Shown here: piece after piece, positions 1 to 13,143 of the stretch | Layout: every line of letters begins with the position of its first letter | Position numbering within the stretch: the first letter of the stretch is position 1 | Source: Octopus vulgaris | Taxonomy: Eukaryota | DNA: 64,000 nucleotides | Assembly (NCBI GenBank): GCA_951406725.2 | Contig: OX597823.1 | Coordinates: 94,612,001 to 94,676,000 of the forward strand | Reading direction: 5' to 3' | The notes under the pieces: generated by a model | Database searches by the model: none | Told to the model about the DNA's origin: nothing | The model's input: only the letters and a program-made list of their open reading frames with translations | Made by a program: the position numbers and the translations under genes

Positions 1-349
1 TTGTAAGAGCAGCATTGGAACAGTGAAAGGAACAGCAATAACAATAACAACAAATGTAGTTGAATCAGTCAAAATGAGGGAGTAAACTCATCGCCCGGTC
101 ATTGTTGGTTTGACAGTCGTCATTCTGTGATTCCTATCAACAGAAAGAAAATAAAACCACAGAACATATTGACATGATTAGAAGGAGGCCTTGACATGGC
201 TGGCCTCCTGTCACAAATGGAGCCAGTAGGTCTTGACTGGGGATGGTAAGTGCCCGACAGAATAATCCTCTTCTCATATGAGGGAGGTAAACCCTAATCT
301 GGGATGCAATATGTTTCCTGACTCCATCGTTGCCAGAGCGGCTATCTGG

Positions 350-480
350 CCTCCGTGCTGGTGGCATATAAAAAACACCATTCGAGCGTGATCGTTACCA
401 GCATTGCCTTACTGGCACCCACACTGGTGGCATGTGTAAAAGATTCAAGTGAAGTCGTTGCCAGTGCAGCCTGACCTGCC
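350..480 (+). repeat. Internal tandem units (GTGGCAYRTAAAAAGCACC...) of the (GAT)n-tailed SINE family
   Basis: The same ~60-70 bp unit recurs at 5830-6100 (-), 12610-13140, 58260-58360 (-) and 62570-62830. Confidence 0.7.
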
Positions 481-498
481 CCGTCCAAACTTTATTAA

Positions 499-689
499 CT
501 CTTTAACATTTAAACTGACCAAATCCTGCCCAAATATCCTGGCCTCTCACATCTACCCTACAATCTCATTCTAAAAAAAAACGAATTACATCATTGAAAT
601 CTTGAAGCTACAAATTTATGCATTTTTAATTCAAAACAATGTGATTAAATAAACATTACATTTGACACAGAAATTTGAGTGCTAAAGGG
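499..689. mobile_element. piggyBac-like MITE
   Basis: TTAA at 495-498 and 690-693; ends CTCTTTA...TAAAGGG. A related copy at ~58676-59075 is interrupted by a CR1 tail. Confidence 0.65.
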
Positions 690-980
690 TTAAACCTAAA
701 TTTCCGAAAGTCATGAAGGACATCTGGTGTTGAATGTGATGACTGCAAAGAAGGACAATTAGGATGAGGATTTTTCACTAAATAATAACAAAACTCAGGC
801 TACAAGTCTGGCAAGCAAAGACAAAAAGGACCATCAACCCCCACTTCAGGTGTAAAAGGGAACAAAATATGCCTCTCATGTATCATGTCTGCTAATTAAG
901 TTAGAGGAAGCCCAAGAAATATTTTCGTCTCTGGATACGGAAAACTCTTACTGCACTCATAATAGTAAGTGAAAAGATAT

Positions 981-1139
981 GTCTTTAGACTTTATCACAT
1001 AGTTTAGTCTTTAGACATTATCCCATGATTTAATCTTTAGACTTTATCCCATGATTTAGTCTTTAGACTAAATCAGCACGGAAAACGGACGTTAAACGAT
1101 GATGATGATGATGATGATGATGACTTTATCACATGGTTT
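981..1139 (+). repeat. 26-bp minisatellite (GTCTTTAGACTTTATCMCATGRTTTA, ~4 units) interrupted by a SINE 3' tail
   Basis: Units start at 981, 1007, 1033 and 1059. The last unit is split by CAGCACGGAAAACGGACGTTAAAC(GAT)n and resumes at 1122. Confidence 0.8.
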
Positions 1140-1195
1140 TGAAATAGTCCATACAGGTGATAATTCATGTTATCAACTATTTCACAAGAACCCTG

Positions 1196-1411
1196 CTCGC
1201 CTAGTTCATGTGTGCTTTAAATGGTCTTAATTAGATCAACTATATTTTACTGAGAGCAAAACTTTCCTAGTTTACCTCTGGCTTAAATGGTCTTAATTAG
1301 ATCAACTATACTCACCTGGTTTACCTGAAGCTTAAATGGTCTTAATTGAATCAACTATACAAGAAAGCAAAATTGACCTGGTTTATCTGAAGTTTACATG
1401 ATCTTAATTAG
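1196..1411 (+). repeat. Degenerate tandem repeat, 4 units with core CTTAAATGGTCTTAATTAGATCAACTATA
   Basis: Core visible at ~1217, ~1282, ~1331 and (degenerate) ~1393, with variable spacing. Confidence 0.75.
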
Positions 1412-2639
1412 CTTTGAATAGTTTCTGATATTTATGACACTTGAAAAAAAAATTGAATTCCATCTCATTACAGGCTTAACGAGGAGAGGAATGGTTTGAT
1501 GTTGTTGTTGAAGAAGATTGAGAGGCCATCATCTATTGAACGTAAGGAAATACAAATATGCTAACTTTCTGGTTCAAATAGCAATCAGTTACATCTCCCT
1601 GGGGTGGTACCAGGTAGAAATAGGAGATTCTTATGAAAGGAACTAATCAAATAATTGATAGGAAAACACAAAGTGGTTGTGGGGTAGGAAGCTCGCTTCT
1701 CAACCACATGGTTCTGGGTTCAGTCCCACTGCATGGAACCTTCAGAAAGTGACTTCTACTATAATCTCAAGCCAGTCAAAGCCTTCAGAGTGCATTTGGT
1801 AGTCGGAAACTGAAAGAAGCCCTTCATATATATCATCACCATCTTCATTGTTTTTTAATGCCTGTTTTCCATGCTGGCAGGAGCTGTTTTGGCATAGTTC
1901 CTATGGCTGGATGCCCTTCTTACTGCCAACAACTTTACAACGTGTACTGGGAACTAAAACACACCAACGCCAATTGTCAAGCATTGGTGAAGGACAAACA
2001 GACACAGGCACATATACAACAGGCTTCTTTCAGTTTCCATTTACCAAATCCACTCATAAGTCTTTGGCTGGCCTGATGCTATTGTAGAGACACTTGCCCA
2101 AGATACCATACAGTGAAACTGAACCCAGAACCATGTGGTTAGGAACCAAAATTCTTACCACACAGCCACACTTGAGCCTACTCATAAAACATTCTGATAG
2201 AATTGGATTTTGTAGAACAGATGTTACGGCAAGAGATTATTCAAATGAAGCGTCACTCTTCTGAAAATGCTATCTATAAATCATTAGTCATAGATGATTG
2301 ACATTCCTTCTGTTATTATGAGACACCCAGATTTATGGCATATCTGCCACACTTCTTGCTGGTTCAGATTTCTTCACATTTTTCTCTTTGTTTTTAGCTT
2401 TTTGTTCTTTATCCCCTCCCCCCCCCCCACCTTGTCTTCGAGTTTATCCTCTTCTCTGATTCTTTAACTTTCTTAGTTCTTTGTGCTAACACAGCAGAAT
2501 CTCTGCTGCAAACACTTTCTTCTTCTTCTTATTATTATTATTATCGTCATCATCATCATTATCACTACTACTACTACTACTACTGTCACCAGTATCAGAG
2601 GGTTTACAAGGGCCATGAGCGCTCTGCCATCTTCTAGGG

Positions 2640-2881
2640 TAGTGTTTCTTAACTGGGGTCTTCGTAAGATTTTGTTTGTTGCAATTTATGTGCAATAAAT
2701 TACTTATGCTTCTGTAATACAAAAAATACTTTAACAATTTTTTTTTTTAATACAATTCCTAAAAATAATTATAAGAATATAATGGGATTTTTGAAGCATT
2801 GACTGGCTGTTAGGGTCCAGTAAAGTAGGGATTAAAGGGGTCTAAAGGTAGAAAGGAAAAAAAAACGGTTGAGAATTACTG
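2640..2881. mobile_element. hAT (Charlie-like) MITE
   Basis: TIRs TAGTGTTTCTTAAC / GTTGAGAATTACTG; 8-bp flanks TTCTAGGG / CTCTAGTG fit the NTCTAGAN Charlie target. A second copy at ~16292-17040 is split by the hammerhead element. Confidence 0.7.
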
Positions 2882-3717
2882 CTCTAGTGGCAAACATCAT
2901 CATCATTGTTCAACATCCGCCTTTCATGCTGCTATAGTTGGGACAATTTGATGAGCCGGTGAGGCAGAAAGCCTGCACCAGACTTCTGTGACTGTTTTGG
3001 CAGCATTTTTACAGCTGGATGCCCTTTCTAACACCAACCATTTTACAGTGTGGACTGGGTGCTTTTAAGTGGCACCTGCACTGACAGGGTCACCAAGTAC
3101 CATGCAAAACAAAAGAAAAAAATGAATAAAAATATTAATAACCAGGCTTGACATAATCAGCTAAAATCCTTACAGGCAGTGCTCCAGTATGGACGCAATC
3201 AAGTTATTGAAACCAGTAAAAGACTATAATAGATGTCAAAGATTGTGTCATTAGCCATGTCCATTCGGTCGTCCGAATAATATATTGATCTCGATCATAG
3301 ATTAAATATGTTGACAGTGATAAAGAAATAGTTTAAAATATATTTATTGATTTATTTTGTTAGAGATAATGCACTGAGAGCTGCTGTGATGGTCGTTATG
3401 TTTGCCGTATTGATTAATATCCCATCATATAACAGTGATGTATAAACAGTTATGTACATACAATATAGATATGCACACACGGTTATACAAAGTTACTTAA
3501 CATGTACAAACATTACCAACTGCAACACATGTTACACATGTAGAAAGAAAAAATTCCACTGTACAAATACGACACCTAGAAATAATTGCTTATAAATGAT
3601 TATATTTACTAAGATTTCATCATTACCATCATTGTCATCATCATTATCATCATCACCACCATCATCATCATCGTTTAACATTCCTGTTCCAGCCTGGCAT
3701 AGGTTGGACAGTTTCTT

Positions 3718-3947
3718 ATTTCTTTACTATCCACAAGGGGCTACACACAGAGGGGACAAACAAGGACAGACAAACGGATTAAGTCAATTACATCAACCCC
3801 AGTGCGTAACTGGTACTTATTTAATCAACCCTGAAAGGATGAAAGGCAAAGTCGACCTCGCTGGAATTTGAACTCAGAACGTAGTGGTAGACAAAATACC
3901 GCTAAGCATTTCGCCTGGTGTGCTAACGTTTCTGCCAGCTCACCACC
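3718..3947 (-). mobile_element. tRNA-derived SINE family A (GGCGGCGAGCTGGCAGAA head, ...GTAGTAAAGAAATA tail)
   Basis: Head with B-box-like GAGTTCAAATTCC. Near-identical copies at 14716-14947, 15569-15803, 18843-19074, 22834-23066, 31013-31248, 35530-35733, 36690-36910, 40809-40990 and 48525-48765. Confidence 0.85.
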
Positions 3948-5082
3948 ATGGGTTGGACAGTTTAACAAGAATGTGATGAAGTTGAAGGACCATATCATGT
4001 CCTGCTGTCTGTTTTGGCATGGTTTCCATATCTGGATGTCCTTCCCGATGCCGACCACTTCACAGTGGGTACTGGGGGATTTTTTTGTGCCACCTGCACT
4101 AGTGAGGTCACCATGTAGCTCTTAAGTCAACAGACCTAGGGAGGGAGAGAAGATACTGCATTCGTATGTTAAATGGGAAGGGGTTGGCGCACAGCAGGTT
4201 CTTGCAGAGGGGTTACATGGCCTCTCATATTTGAGAGAATGGGAGTGAATTGATACTGTCCCCAAGGAGATAGACAGAGGTGATGAGGATCCCAGGTGGA
4301 AGCTCAGAGAGTAGGAGCAGTAGTGGATGGGGGAAGTTGGCAGGAGGGGGAGATAGGCAACATCTATAAGGATTTTGGAAGGGTTCAGGAGAAGGGATAT
4401 GCATGGGTTTGGGAGACTACAGGGATGCCAGCAGTAGAGTAGTAATGGGGATACCATTGACAGTGGGGAGGAGGAGCAGTGGAGAAGAGAGATGTTTGGG
4501 TAGGCTGTTGGAGTGGAGTATAGAGTTAAACAGGTGTAGTGCATGAGGGGAGATAATTTGATGGTCCAAGGAGGGGATGGATGGCCACTGAAATGTGGGT
4601 GTGGAGAACAATATTAATGGTTAACCAAGAGGAGGGCGTACTTTTTATACTGGCAGTGCCTCAATGATGAAACATATAAAAGAATAAAGTGAAATGGTTC
4701 TGGTTAGCAAGAGCGAAAAGTTGTATCAGGATTGTGGTGGAGGTAGCTGCAATGAATGATACAATGTAGGGGGAAAGCTAATAAAGGGGCAATTGATTGA
4801 GACACACATGCACACACACATACAAAATATATATTTTATATAAATGTTTACATTCATACACTCATATATGTGTGTGTGTGTGTGTGTATAATGCTTTCAA
4901 ATTTTGGCACAAGGCCAGCACTTTTGAGGGGAGTTGATTTCAACCCCAGTGCTCAACTTATTTTATCGACCCCCTGAAAAGGATGAAAGGCAAAATCGAC
5001 CTTGGTGGAATTTGAACTCAGAATGTAAAGTGTTGCATGAAATGTCACTAAGCATTCTCTCCAATGCGCTAACAATTCTACC

Positions 5083-5118
<36 letters not shown>

Positions 5119-6417
5119 TACTTCTAATAAATACAACATAAGGCCATAATTTGTTTGGTGGCAAAGAAGTTATGTAGTTGCTTTAATTAAATTAACAGTA
5201 ATTAGTTTAGTGTTGTTATTATTATTATAAACGGAATTGTTTGCATGCTGGACAAGATGCTTGGTGGTATTTTGTCCGTCTCTCTATTCAGAGTTCAAAT
5301 TCCACCGAAGTCAACTTTGCCTTTCATCCTTTCGGGGTCAATAAATTAAGTACCAGTGAAATACTGGGGTCAATGTAATCGACTAGTCCCCTCCCCCAAA
5401 ATTTCTGGCCTCATGCCTATAGTAGAAAGCATTATTATTATTATCATTATAAACAGAATTGTTAGCACTCTGGACGAAATGCTTGACAATATTTTGCCTG
5501 TTGCTACATTCTAAGTTCAAATTCCACTGAGGTCAACTTTGCCTTTCATCCTTTCAGAGTTTACAAATTAAGTACCTGTGGAACACTGGAGTTGATGTAA
5601 GCAACTAGTCCCCACCCCAAAAATTATAGGCCTTGTGCCTTTAGTAAAAAGGATTATTATTATTATTATTATTATTCAATGTCGTTTAACGTCTGCTTTC
5701 CATGCTGGCATGGGTTGGACGGTTTGACTGAGAACTGGCGAGCCAGAAGTCTGCAACAATCTCCAATCTGATCTGGCAAAGTTTCTATATCTGGATGTCC
5801 TTCCAAATGCCAACCAGTCCGAGAGTGTAGTGGGTGCTTTTATGTGCTACCAGCACGAGGGCCAGTCAGGCAGTTCTGGCAACGACCACGCTCAAAAGGT
5901 GTTTTTTACATGCTACCTGCACAGGAGCCAGTCCGGCGGCACTGGAAGTGACCACACTCAAATGTTATTTTTCATGTGCCTGTAAGTTCGACGCTGGCAA
6001 TGATTATGTTCAAATGGTGCTTTTTACAAGCCACTGGCACGGGAGCCAATCCGTGGCTCTGGCAACAATCATGCTTGGATGTGCTTTTAATGTTCCACTG
6101 GCATGAATGCCAATCAGGGAGTACTGTCATAGGCCACATCAGCAATTTTGATTTCACTTGTCTCAATAGGTCTTCGCAAGCCAAGTTTATTGTCCAATGA
6201 ATGAGGGATACTCATAAGTGGGCTGGTTACACCCCACATCTTTGAGATTTCCCTAAGTTCCACTTAATGGAGTTCAAGCCAGCCCCTAACAAAATAATGA
6301 GACACTTCCCTGGGTTTGTAAGTCTATGATAGTTGAACTGTTGTGTGCATTCATGTCTGTGTGTGAACCTGTCTCTTCAGTACTTGTGTGTGTGTGTGTG
6401 CATCATTATTTTTTGCG

Positions 6418-6735
6418 TGTGAAGTAAGCATGTCTAAGTGGTTTGAGCATTCACCTCGCAATCATAAGATCACGAGTTTGACTCCCAGTGATAAGCTGTA
6501 CCCTTGAGCAAGCCACTCCATTTCATATTACTCCAGCCCATTCAGCTGGCGAAAATGAGTTGTACCAGTAATTCAAAGGGGGCCGGCCTTATCACATTCT
6601 TTGTCACACTGAATCACCCTGGGAACTATATTAAGTGTATGCATGTCTGTGGAGCCCTCAGCCACTTGCATGTTAATTTCACAAGCAAGCAAGTTCTGCT
6701 GATTGGACCAGCTGGAACCCTCACTGATGTCAAGG
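6418..6735 (+). mobile_element. Older tRNA-derived SINE with CCTTGAGCAAG...CAGCTG...AAATGAGT central domain
   Basis: Degenerate A box (TGTCTAAGTGG) and B box (GAGTTTGACTCC) followed by a central motif typical of ancient SINE superfamilies. Confidence 0.55.
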
Positions 6736-6804
6736 GGCAGTCTTTATTATTTAATTTTTTTTTTTTTTACATAGCTTTGGCCGTTTCCAGCTTCGTCTGG
6801 TCTC

Positions 6805-7057
6805 CATGCCGGTGGCACGTAAAAAGCACCATCCGATCATGGCCCTTTGCCAGCCTCATCTGGCACCTGTGCCGGTGACACATAAAAAGCACCCACTACA
6901 CTCACAGAGTGGTTGGCGTTAGGAAGGGCATCCAGCTGTAGAAACACTGCCAGATCAGACTGGGCCTGGTGCAGCCTTTTGGCTTCCCAGACCCCAGTTG
7001 AACTGTCCAACCCATGCTAGCATGGAAAACGGACGTTAAACAATGATGATGATGATG
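6805..7057 (+). mobile_element. (GAT)n-tailed SINE/RTE-type repeat (GTGGTTGGCGTTAGGAAGGGCATCCAGCTGTAGAAAC...CATGCTAGCATGGAAAACGGACGTTAAAC)
   Basis: Many copies, e.g. 5680-5830 (-), 7845-8060 (-), 12700-12825, 20190-20370, 20935-21130 (-), 24860-25060 (-), 62810-62990. Confidence 0.75.
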
Positions 7058-9800
7058 TATTTTTGTAGATGCACCCAACCAAGTATGTACCTATATCCGT
7101 TCGACCCTTTAACGTCCTGATTATTCAGTCAAATGTCATGCTTATTCACATTGTTTTGAATTAATCATGCATTACCACGTCACGTGGTTGCTTCTTGCTC
7201 GAGTCAAGCTAATCAGTGGTGATACACTTCAGACGTCTGAGTTGCCGTTGTTGAAGAGGATGGCTTTATTATCACAGTTGTTGTGTACATGTGAAATGTC
7301 ATGCTGGCTGCATGAATAATGAATGAAGCAATCTCACAAATATTTGATTTTGATATTTATTGCCAGAAATTGTATATTGCGTTGGCTAGTTACAATAAAT
7401 AATATTGGTTTCAAATTTTGGCACAAGGCCAGCAATTTCAGTGGAGGGTTGAGTCAATTACATCAACCCCCAGTGCTCGACTGGTACTTATTTTATCAGC
7501 CCCTTGGCAGAATTTGGACTCAGCATTTCTTCCAGCACTTTACTTTCTATCAAGCATTCAGTCCAATTCGCTAATGGTTCCACCAGCTTGCCACCCTTAT
7601 GAAGGAGATATAATATTGGTTTCAAATTTTTGCACAAGGCCAGCAATTTCAGAAGTGGGTCAACAGGTCCTTATTTTATCAACCCTGGCACTCAGACACA
7701 CCCCATGATGTTTCACAGAAAACTTTCTCCATTCACAGAACTGTTTTTCTCTCCTCCTGCTCATTGCACATTTAAGGCGGCAAGCTGGCAAAATAGTTAT
7801 TGTGCTGGGCAAAATGCTTAGCAGCATCTTGTCTGTCCTTACCATCATCATCATCATCATCGTTTAACGTCCGCTTTCCATGCTAGCATGGGTTGGACGA
7901 ATGACTGAGGGCTGGCGATCCAGATGGCTGCACCAGGCTTCAATCTTGATCTGGCAGAGTTTCTACAGCTGGATGCCCTTCCTAACACCAACCACTCCAA
8001 GAGTGTAGTGGGTGCTTTTACGTGCCACCGGCACGGGACCAGTCAGGCGGTACTGGCAATGACCTCGCTCAAATATTTTACACATGCCACCGAGTTCAAA
8101 TTCCGCCAAGGTGGTCTGTTGTGTCACTTTGTCAGCTGTCTGAGCAATGAGTTAAGTACCAAATGGATTTCTGTAAGGTGACAGAAGGTAAATTCTGGAA
8201 CATTAAAGAAAGCCATGTCAAGCCACAGCTTCACATTCGTTGGTCGATTTATGGATCAATCACATGAAAAGTGGTGGCTCATTTGTGGAGCATAACCGTG
8301 TATCTAGCAGTTAGGGTTCAAATCCCTGTTACAATTTCATAGCTTCAAGATTTCGATGATGTGATTATTTCAATTTTAGAATGGCATTGCAGGATAGGTG
8401 TGAGAGGCAAGATCTGGTCAGTTTTAACATAAAGCAGATAGACTATTTTGTTTGGACATGGTCAGTTTAAATGCTAAAGAATTAAAGAATGTATTCATGT
8501 ATGTGTATGTCTGTGCCTCATTGTTTTAATTGTAACAGGAAAATTTGCCTTAAAAAATTTTCATTTTGAATGACTTCATCAAAAATAAAGACTTGTATAT
8601 TTTATGCTTTTATTATACCTTTTATCATGGTTTTTTTTTTCATTTTTAAAAAGGCTTTATTATTGTCCTCCTATTGGTGAATTTTCTGGACACATGTTTT
8701 GTCATCACATGATAGTCCTAAACCAGCATCCCCATCATCGTACAAGCAGAGCCCCTTATTTCCATTTTTCCATGAAAACATGTCCAGCCTTGGGGAAAGA
8801 TTACCTCACTTGGAAGCAGGTGACAGTTGGCAACAGGAAAGGCATCCATCTGTAGAAAATCTGCCTTAATAAATACCATCTGTCCAATGCAAGCATAAAA
8901 AAGTGGACATTATTATTATTATTATTATTATTATTATGGCGGCATATTCTCTGTTTGAGGATTTGTGAAGTAACTTGTGTATTTGCTGTCTAAGAGATGC
9001 GTGATTTCTTCTCTTGACAAAAGGTCACCCAATTGAATAAAATCTATCTCACAGGGCTTAGGGCAAATACTTTTTCTGTGTATTTTTATGTTTGTGTTGT
9101 AGCTGGAGTTTTATTCAGCTAACATTGTGTTTAAGAAAAAAAAAGCAATAATGATGATGATGATTGTGAAGCTAAAATGAAAATTCTTTTGAAATGTCTG
9201 AATTTGATATGATTTTGAAACTAGAGCTGTACTGTTATCGCAAGAATGAAAGAGATTAGCTTAGGCAGAAAGCAAGCTGGATCACGTCTCCCTTACATAA
9301 TATGATCAAAGGATTAAGTTTCTAATTCCAATTGTGATGGCCGCACGTAGCAGGACTTCACTTCCTGTGAGAAAATCCAATCCAATATGCCACTTTTTTT
9401 TATATTTTTGTCTTCGTAAAATGTCACTAGATTACCATATCTGGCTTTTGTCAATGAAATTATTCCGTGTTACTTTTTAGATGTCACAAAACAAGACACT
9501 GCTTCTGTCTTTCATTTGTCATAAACAAACATTGAGCTGTAAAAGTAAGCCTTTACTTCTAATATTCTGATATTCTTATCAGAATGGTGAGCAAGCAGAA
9601 TTGTTGGTATATTGAAGAAAATGCCTGGCACCAGTTTGTCCTTTTTTGTGTATTCTAAGTTCTAATATTATCCAGGTTAACTTTGCTTTTCATCCATTCA
9701 GGGTTGATAAAATAAGTACCAGTTAAATACTGGGGTTGATGTAATCAACTTACCCCCTCTCACAAACTTACTGGCCTTGTGCCAAAATTTGAAATCTTTA

Positions 9801-10130
9801 TTACCTCCACCTTAACAAAGGCAGAGGTATCGTTTTCAGTCGTGTTTGTTTGTTTGTTTGTCTGTGGACAAGATATCTCAAGAACCACCGAATGGATTCA
9901 GATGAAGCTTTCAGAGATGTTTGGCCTCGTGACTGGCACAAACTGGTTAGATTTTGGGATCAATCTGGTACCAGACAAGGATTCTGGATTATCTTTCCAG
10001 ATGTTTTACTTAATTTTTGAGAGCGGTCAGGTTCATTTTCAGATATCCTCATTTTAATAAATCATCTCCGGCTAATCGTTAAGAGGATGTTGGTGTTGCC
10101 TTGGCGGAGGTTTGCGCTCTCTGAGTACTC
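9801..10130 (+). mobile_element. Helentron-associated non-autonomous element (HINE/DINE-1-like)
   Basis: 5' TTACCTCCACC...GGCAGAGGTA palindrome, (GTTT)n/GTCT microsatellite, 3' subterminal CCTTGGCGGAGGT followed by a GCGCTCTCTGAGTAC stem-loop. Confidence 0.7.
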
Positions 10131-10164
<34 letters not shown>

Positions 10165-11038
10165 TCTATTATTAATTGTTATTATTTATGACTGTGAGCT
10201 GGTAGAATCGTTAGCATGCTGGGCAAAATGCTTGACACCAGTTCATCCATCTTTACATTCTGAGTTCAAATTCTGCCTAGTTTACTTTGCCTTTCATCCT
10301 TCCAGGGTCAATAAAATAAGTACCAGTTACACACTGAGGCCAATGCAATTGATTTAACCCCCTTCCCCCAAAATTGCTGGCATTGTACCAAAATCTGAAA
10401 TCAATATGATTCACGTCACCGATAACATTCCTCAAGATTTAAAAAAATCATGGCACTGTATTGATACAATTGATTATTTAAATTGATTGGTTTTTATTAT
10501 TCCGTTTGAATTCATACCTCTTCGTTAATATCATAAAAACAAAAACTAAAAAAATCTGCTATAAACCTAAACCATTTTTATTCTTCCTTCAAATCAATCA
10601 TTTTCTCACAATTTTAAAAAGTCGAACATTATGTGAAAAAATGGATTAGCATTGGTAAGAAGATATTCCATGGAAGTTCAGTCTTTTATTTATATTTATA
10701 ACCGTTTTTTAGCATAGTCGTAAATCTAAATAAATTCAGCTCACACAAACATACGCAAATGCGCACACGTTTATGTCTAAATTTCACTTTAATTATCAGA
10801 TACACACATGAACATCTACGTGTCGTTTCTCCTCAGGAACAATGAAGCGTTCCTATCTTCCATCTTTTTTCCTTTCTATAATTCAGCTACACATACACAC
10901 ACATTCAAACATATGCACACACACACATATATATAAGCTGCATACTTGCATATGCTCAAACAGATTTCAAGATGCAGGTGAGAGGCATGAAAAGCATACC
11001 TTTGTTTCAATCAATTTTGAAATTAATAATAATAATAT

Positions 11039-11237
11039 AATGAAATTATTGCATACAGTGCTCAGGTGCACCACAACTTGTCAAAAGTGCATATAAAGCA
11101 TATGCAGTAATGTACAAATGTCTGGAAAGTGAACAGTGTGTGAGTCAGATACATGCTTGTGTGTGTATGGAGGGGAGAAAATCAGGTGTAGTGTTGGCGA
11201 ATCTCAGGAAGCATGGAAGTTTTGAAGGAGGCAGTGC
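11039..11237 (-). mobile_element. CR1/L2-clade LINE 3' UTR fragment
   Basis: Reverse complement of the 3' end of the 41745-42225 element; (TTA)n tail. Confidence 0.75.
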
Positions 11238-11758
11238 AATGAAGAATTTAGTAAAATATCAACCTCAAAAGGATGAAAGGCATAGATGACTTCATCAGAA
11301 TTTGAATTCAGAATGGACAAAATGCTGCCAAGCATTTTTCCCAGCATGCTAACTGTTCTGCCAGCTTGCTGCCTTAAATAACTTACTCATTATTAATCTG
11401 GTGTTTGGAACATAAATTAACTTAAAATTTTGATGAACGGTTTTAATTTAGATTACACTAAAACAGGAATTTTGTTTTGTAGAACCAGGGGCAGTCTTAG
11501 GCAGATTGGTATCACAACCTTGGATGATGTAGTCTGGTATTTACTGTGATTAAACAAAAAAACTGACTTAGTAGTCATGGCTGGAGTGCCTTTGAACATA
11601 TGTCTGCCAAAGACTTTTGTTATTATACTGTATGTGTGTTTGTGTCTTCTTACCTAAACATTGACTTCAAAACAATGTTGATGAAAAATTACTATATATA
11701 TATGCATAATAGTGATATAGTTGAGAAGAAGAGCAAAACGTAGGCGGCATACCATAGT

Positions 11759-12200
11759 TTGAGGTTTGTATTGAAGTTGGACCTTCATAAAGACCTGAAG
11801 ACTCGTCTCTTAATTGCTGCAGTGGAGTCAGTGTTGTTGTATGGGTCTGCGACATGGACACTGATCATGAAGCTCACTCAGATGCTGGATGGATGCTACA
11901 CAAGAATGCTGAAGATGGCTCTGAACATTAATCAATATAAACTGAGAAGGAAGAACTCAGAGCTGTACGAGATCCTCCCAAAATTTAGCTCAGAAACAAC
12001 ACAGAGGAGACTGAGGTTAGCTGGACATGCTGACCATCATTCAGAGTTGACACTGCGCTCAGGGCTTCTGTTGGAGTCTTTACACAGACACCACTAGAAG
12101 AGGGAGACTGAGGATGACATATGTTGATGCTGTAAGGACAAACACAAAACATGGCGGCAGTGATGAGGGACAGAGACCACTGGAGAGGACATGTCCATGG
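11759..12200 (+). pseudogene. RTE-clade LINE ORF C-terminal fragment
   Basis: Translation KTRLLIAAVESVLLYGSATWTL...LDGCYTRMLKMALNI...QRRLRLAGH matches the post-RT region of RTE elements; frameshifted at the 3' end. Confidence 0.85.
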
Positions 12201-12221
12201 ATCTCAGGAATTTTACCCACC

Positions 12222-12251
<30 letters not shown>

Positions 12252-12259
<8 letters not shown>

Positions 12260-12543
12260 ACCGACCAGACCATCAGATGTTTTACACATCGCTGGTCACA
12301 ATGCGTTCGCATTGTTTTAACCTTCGAATGACGCCACCCTGCTGGCTAAGCGAGCAGGCTAACAGAAGAATGAGAGAAAGAGTGGTGAAAGAGTACAGCA
12401 GGGATCACCACCCCCTGCCGGAGCATCGTGGAACTTTTAGGTGTTTTCGCTCAATAAACATTCACAACGCACGGTCTGGGGAATCGAAACCGCGATCCTA
12501 CGACCGCGAGTCCGATGCCCTAACCACTAGGCCATTGCGCTTC

Positions 12544-12545
<2 letters not shown>
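12252..12545 (-). mobile_element. tRNA-derived SINE family C (GGCGCAATGGCCTAGTGGTTAGGGC head)
   Basis: A box TGGCCTAGTGG and B box GGTTTCGATTCC; related copy on + at 43624-43950. Confidence 0.75.
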
Positions 12546-12610
<65 letters not shown>

Positions 12611-13143
12611 CTCGCTCCTGTGCAGGTGGCACATAAAAAGCACCATTTGAGTGTGACTGTTGCCAGTACCGTCTGACTGGCCCTCATGCTGGTAGCACGT
12701 AAAAGCACCTACTACACACTTGGAGTGGTTGGCATTAGGATGCAGCCTCCTGGCTTCCCAGACCCCAGTCGAACCGTGCTAGCATGCTAGCATGGAAAAC
12801 GAACGTTAAACGATGATGATGATGAAACAAACCAAAATCGCTGATGTGGCTGATGACAGTACGGCTTGATTGGCTCTCGTGCCAGTGGAATGTTAAAAGC
12901 ACATTCAAGTGTTATTGTTGCCAGGGCCACAGATTGGCTCCCGTGTCGGTGACGTGTGTAAAGTACCATTCGAGCATGATCGTTGCCAGCATGTGCTGGT
13001 GGCATGTGGAAAACAACATTCGAGCATGGTCATTGCCAGTGCCACTGGACTGACTCCTGTGCAGGTGGCATGTAAAAACACCTTTCAAGCGTGAGCGTGG
13101 TCATTGCCAGAACCACCTGACTGGCCATCGTGCCGGTGGCATA

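Noticed and set aside
1196-1411. CRISPR-like repeat/spacer appearance
   Set aside because: Eukaryotic context, the 'spacers' resemble each other and vary in length, and there are no cas genes.
4122-4611. 140-aa and 64-aa minus-strand ORFs
   Set aside because: Low-complexity S/L/P translation of a purine-rich repeat with no recognisable domain.
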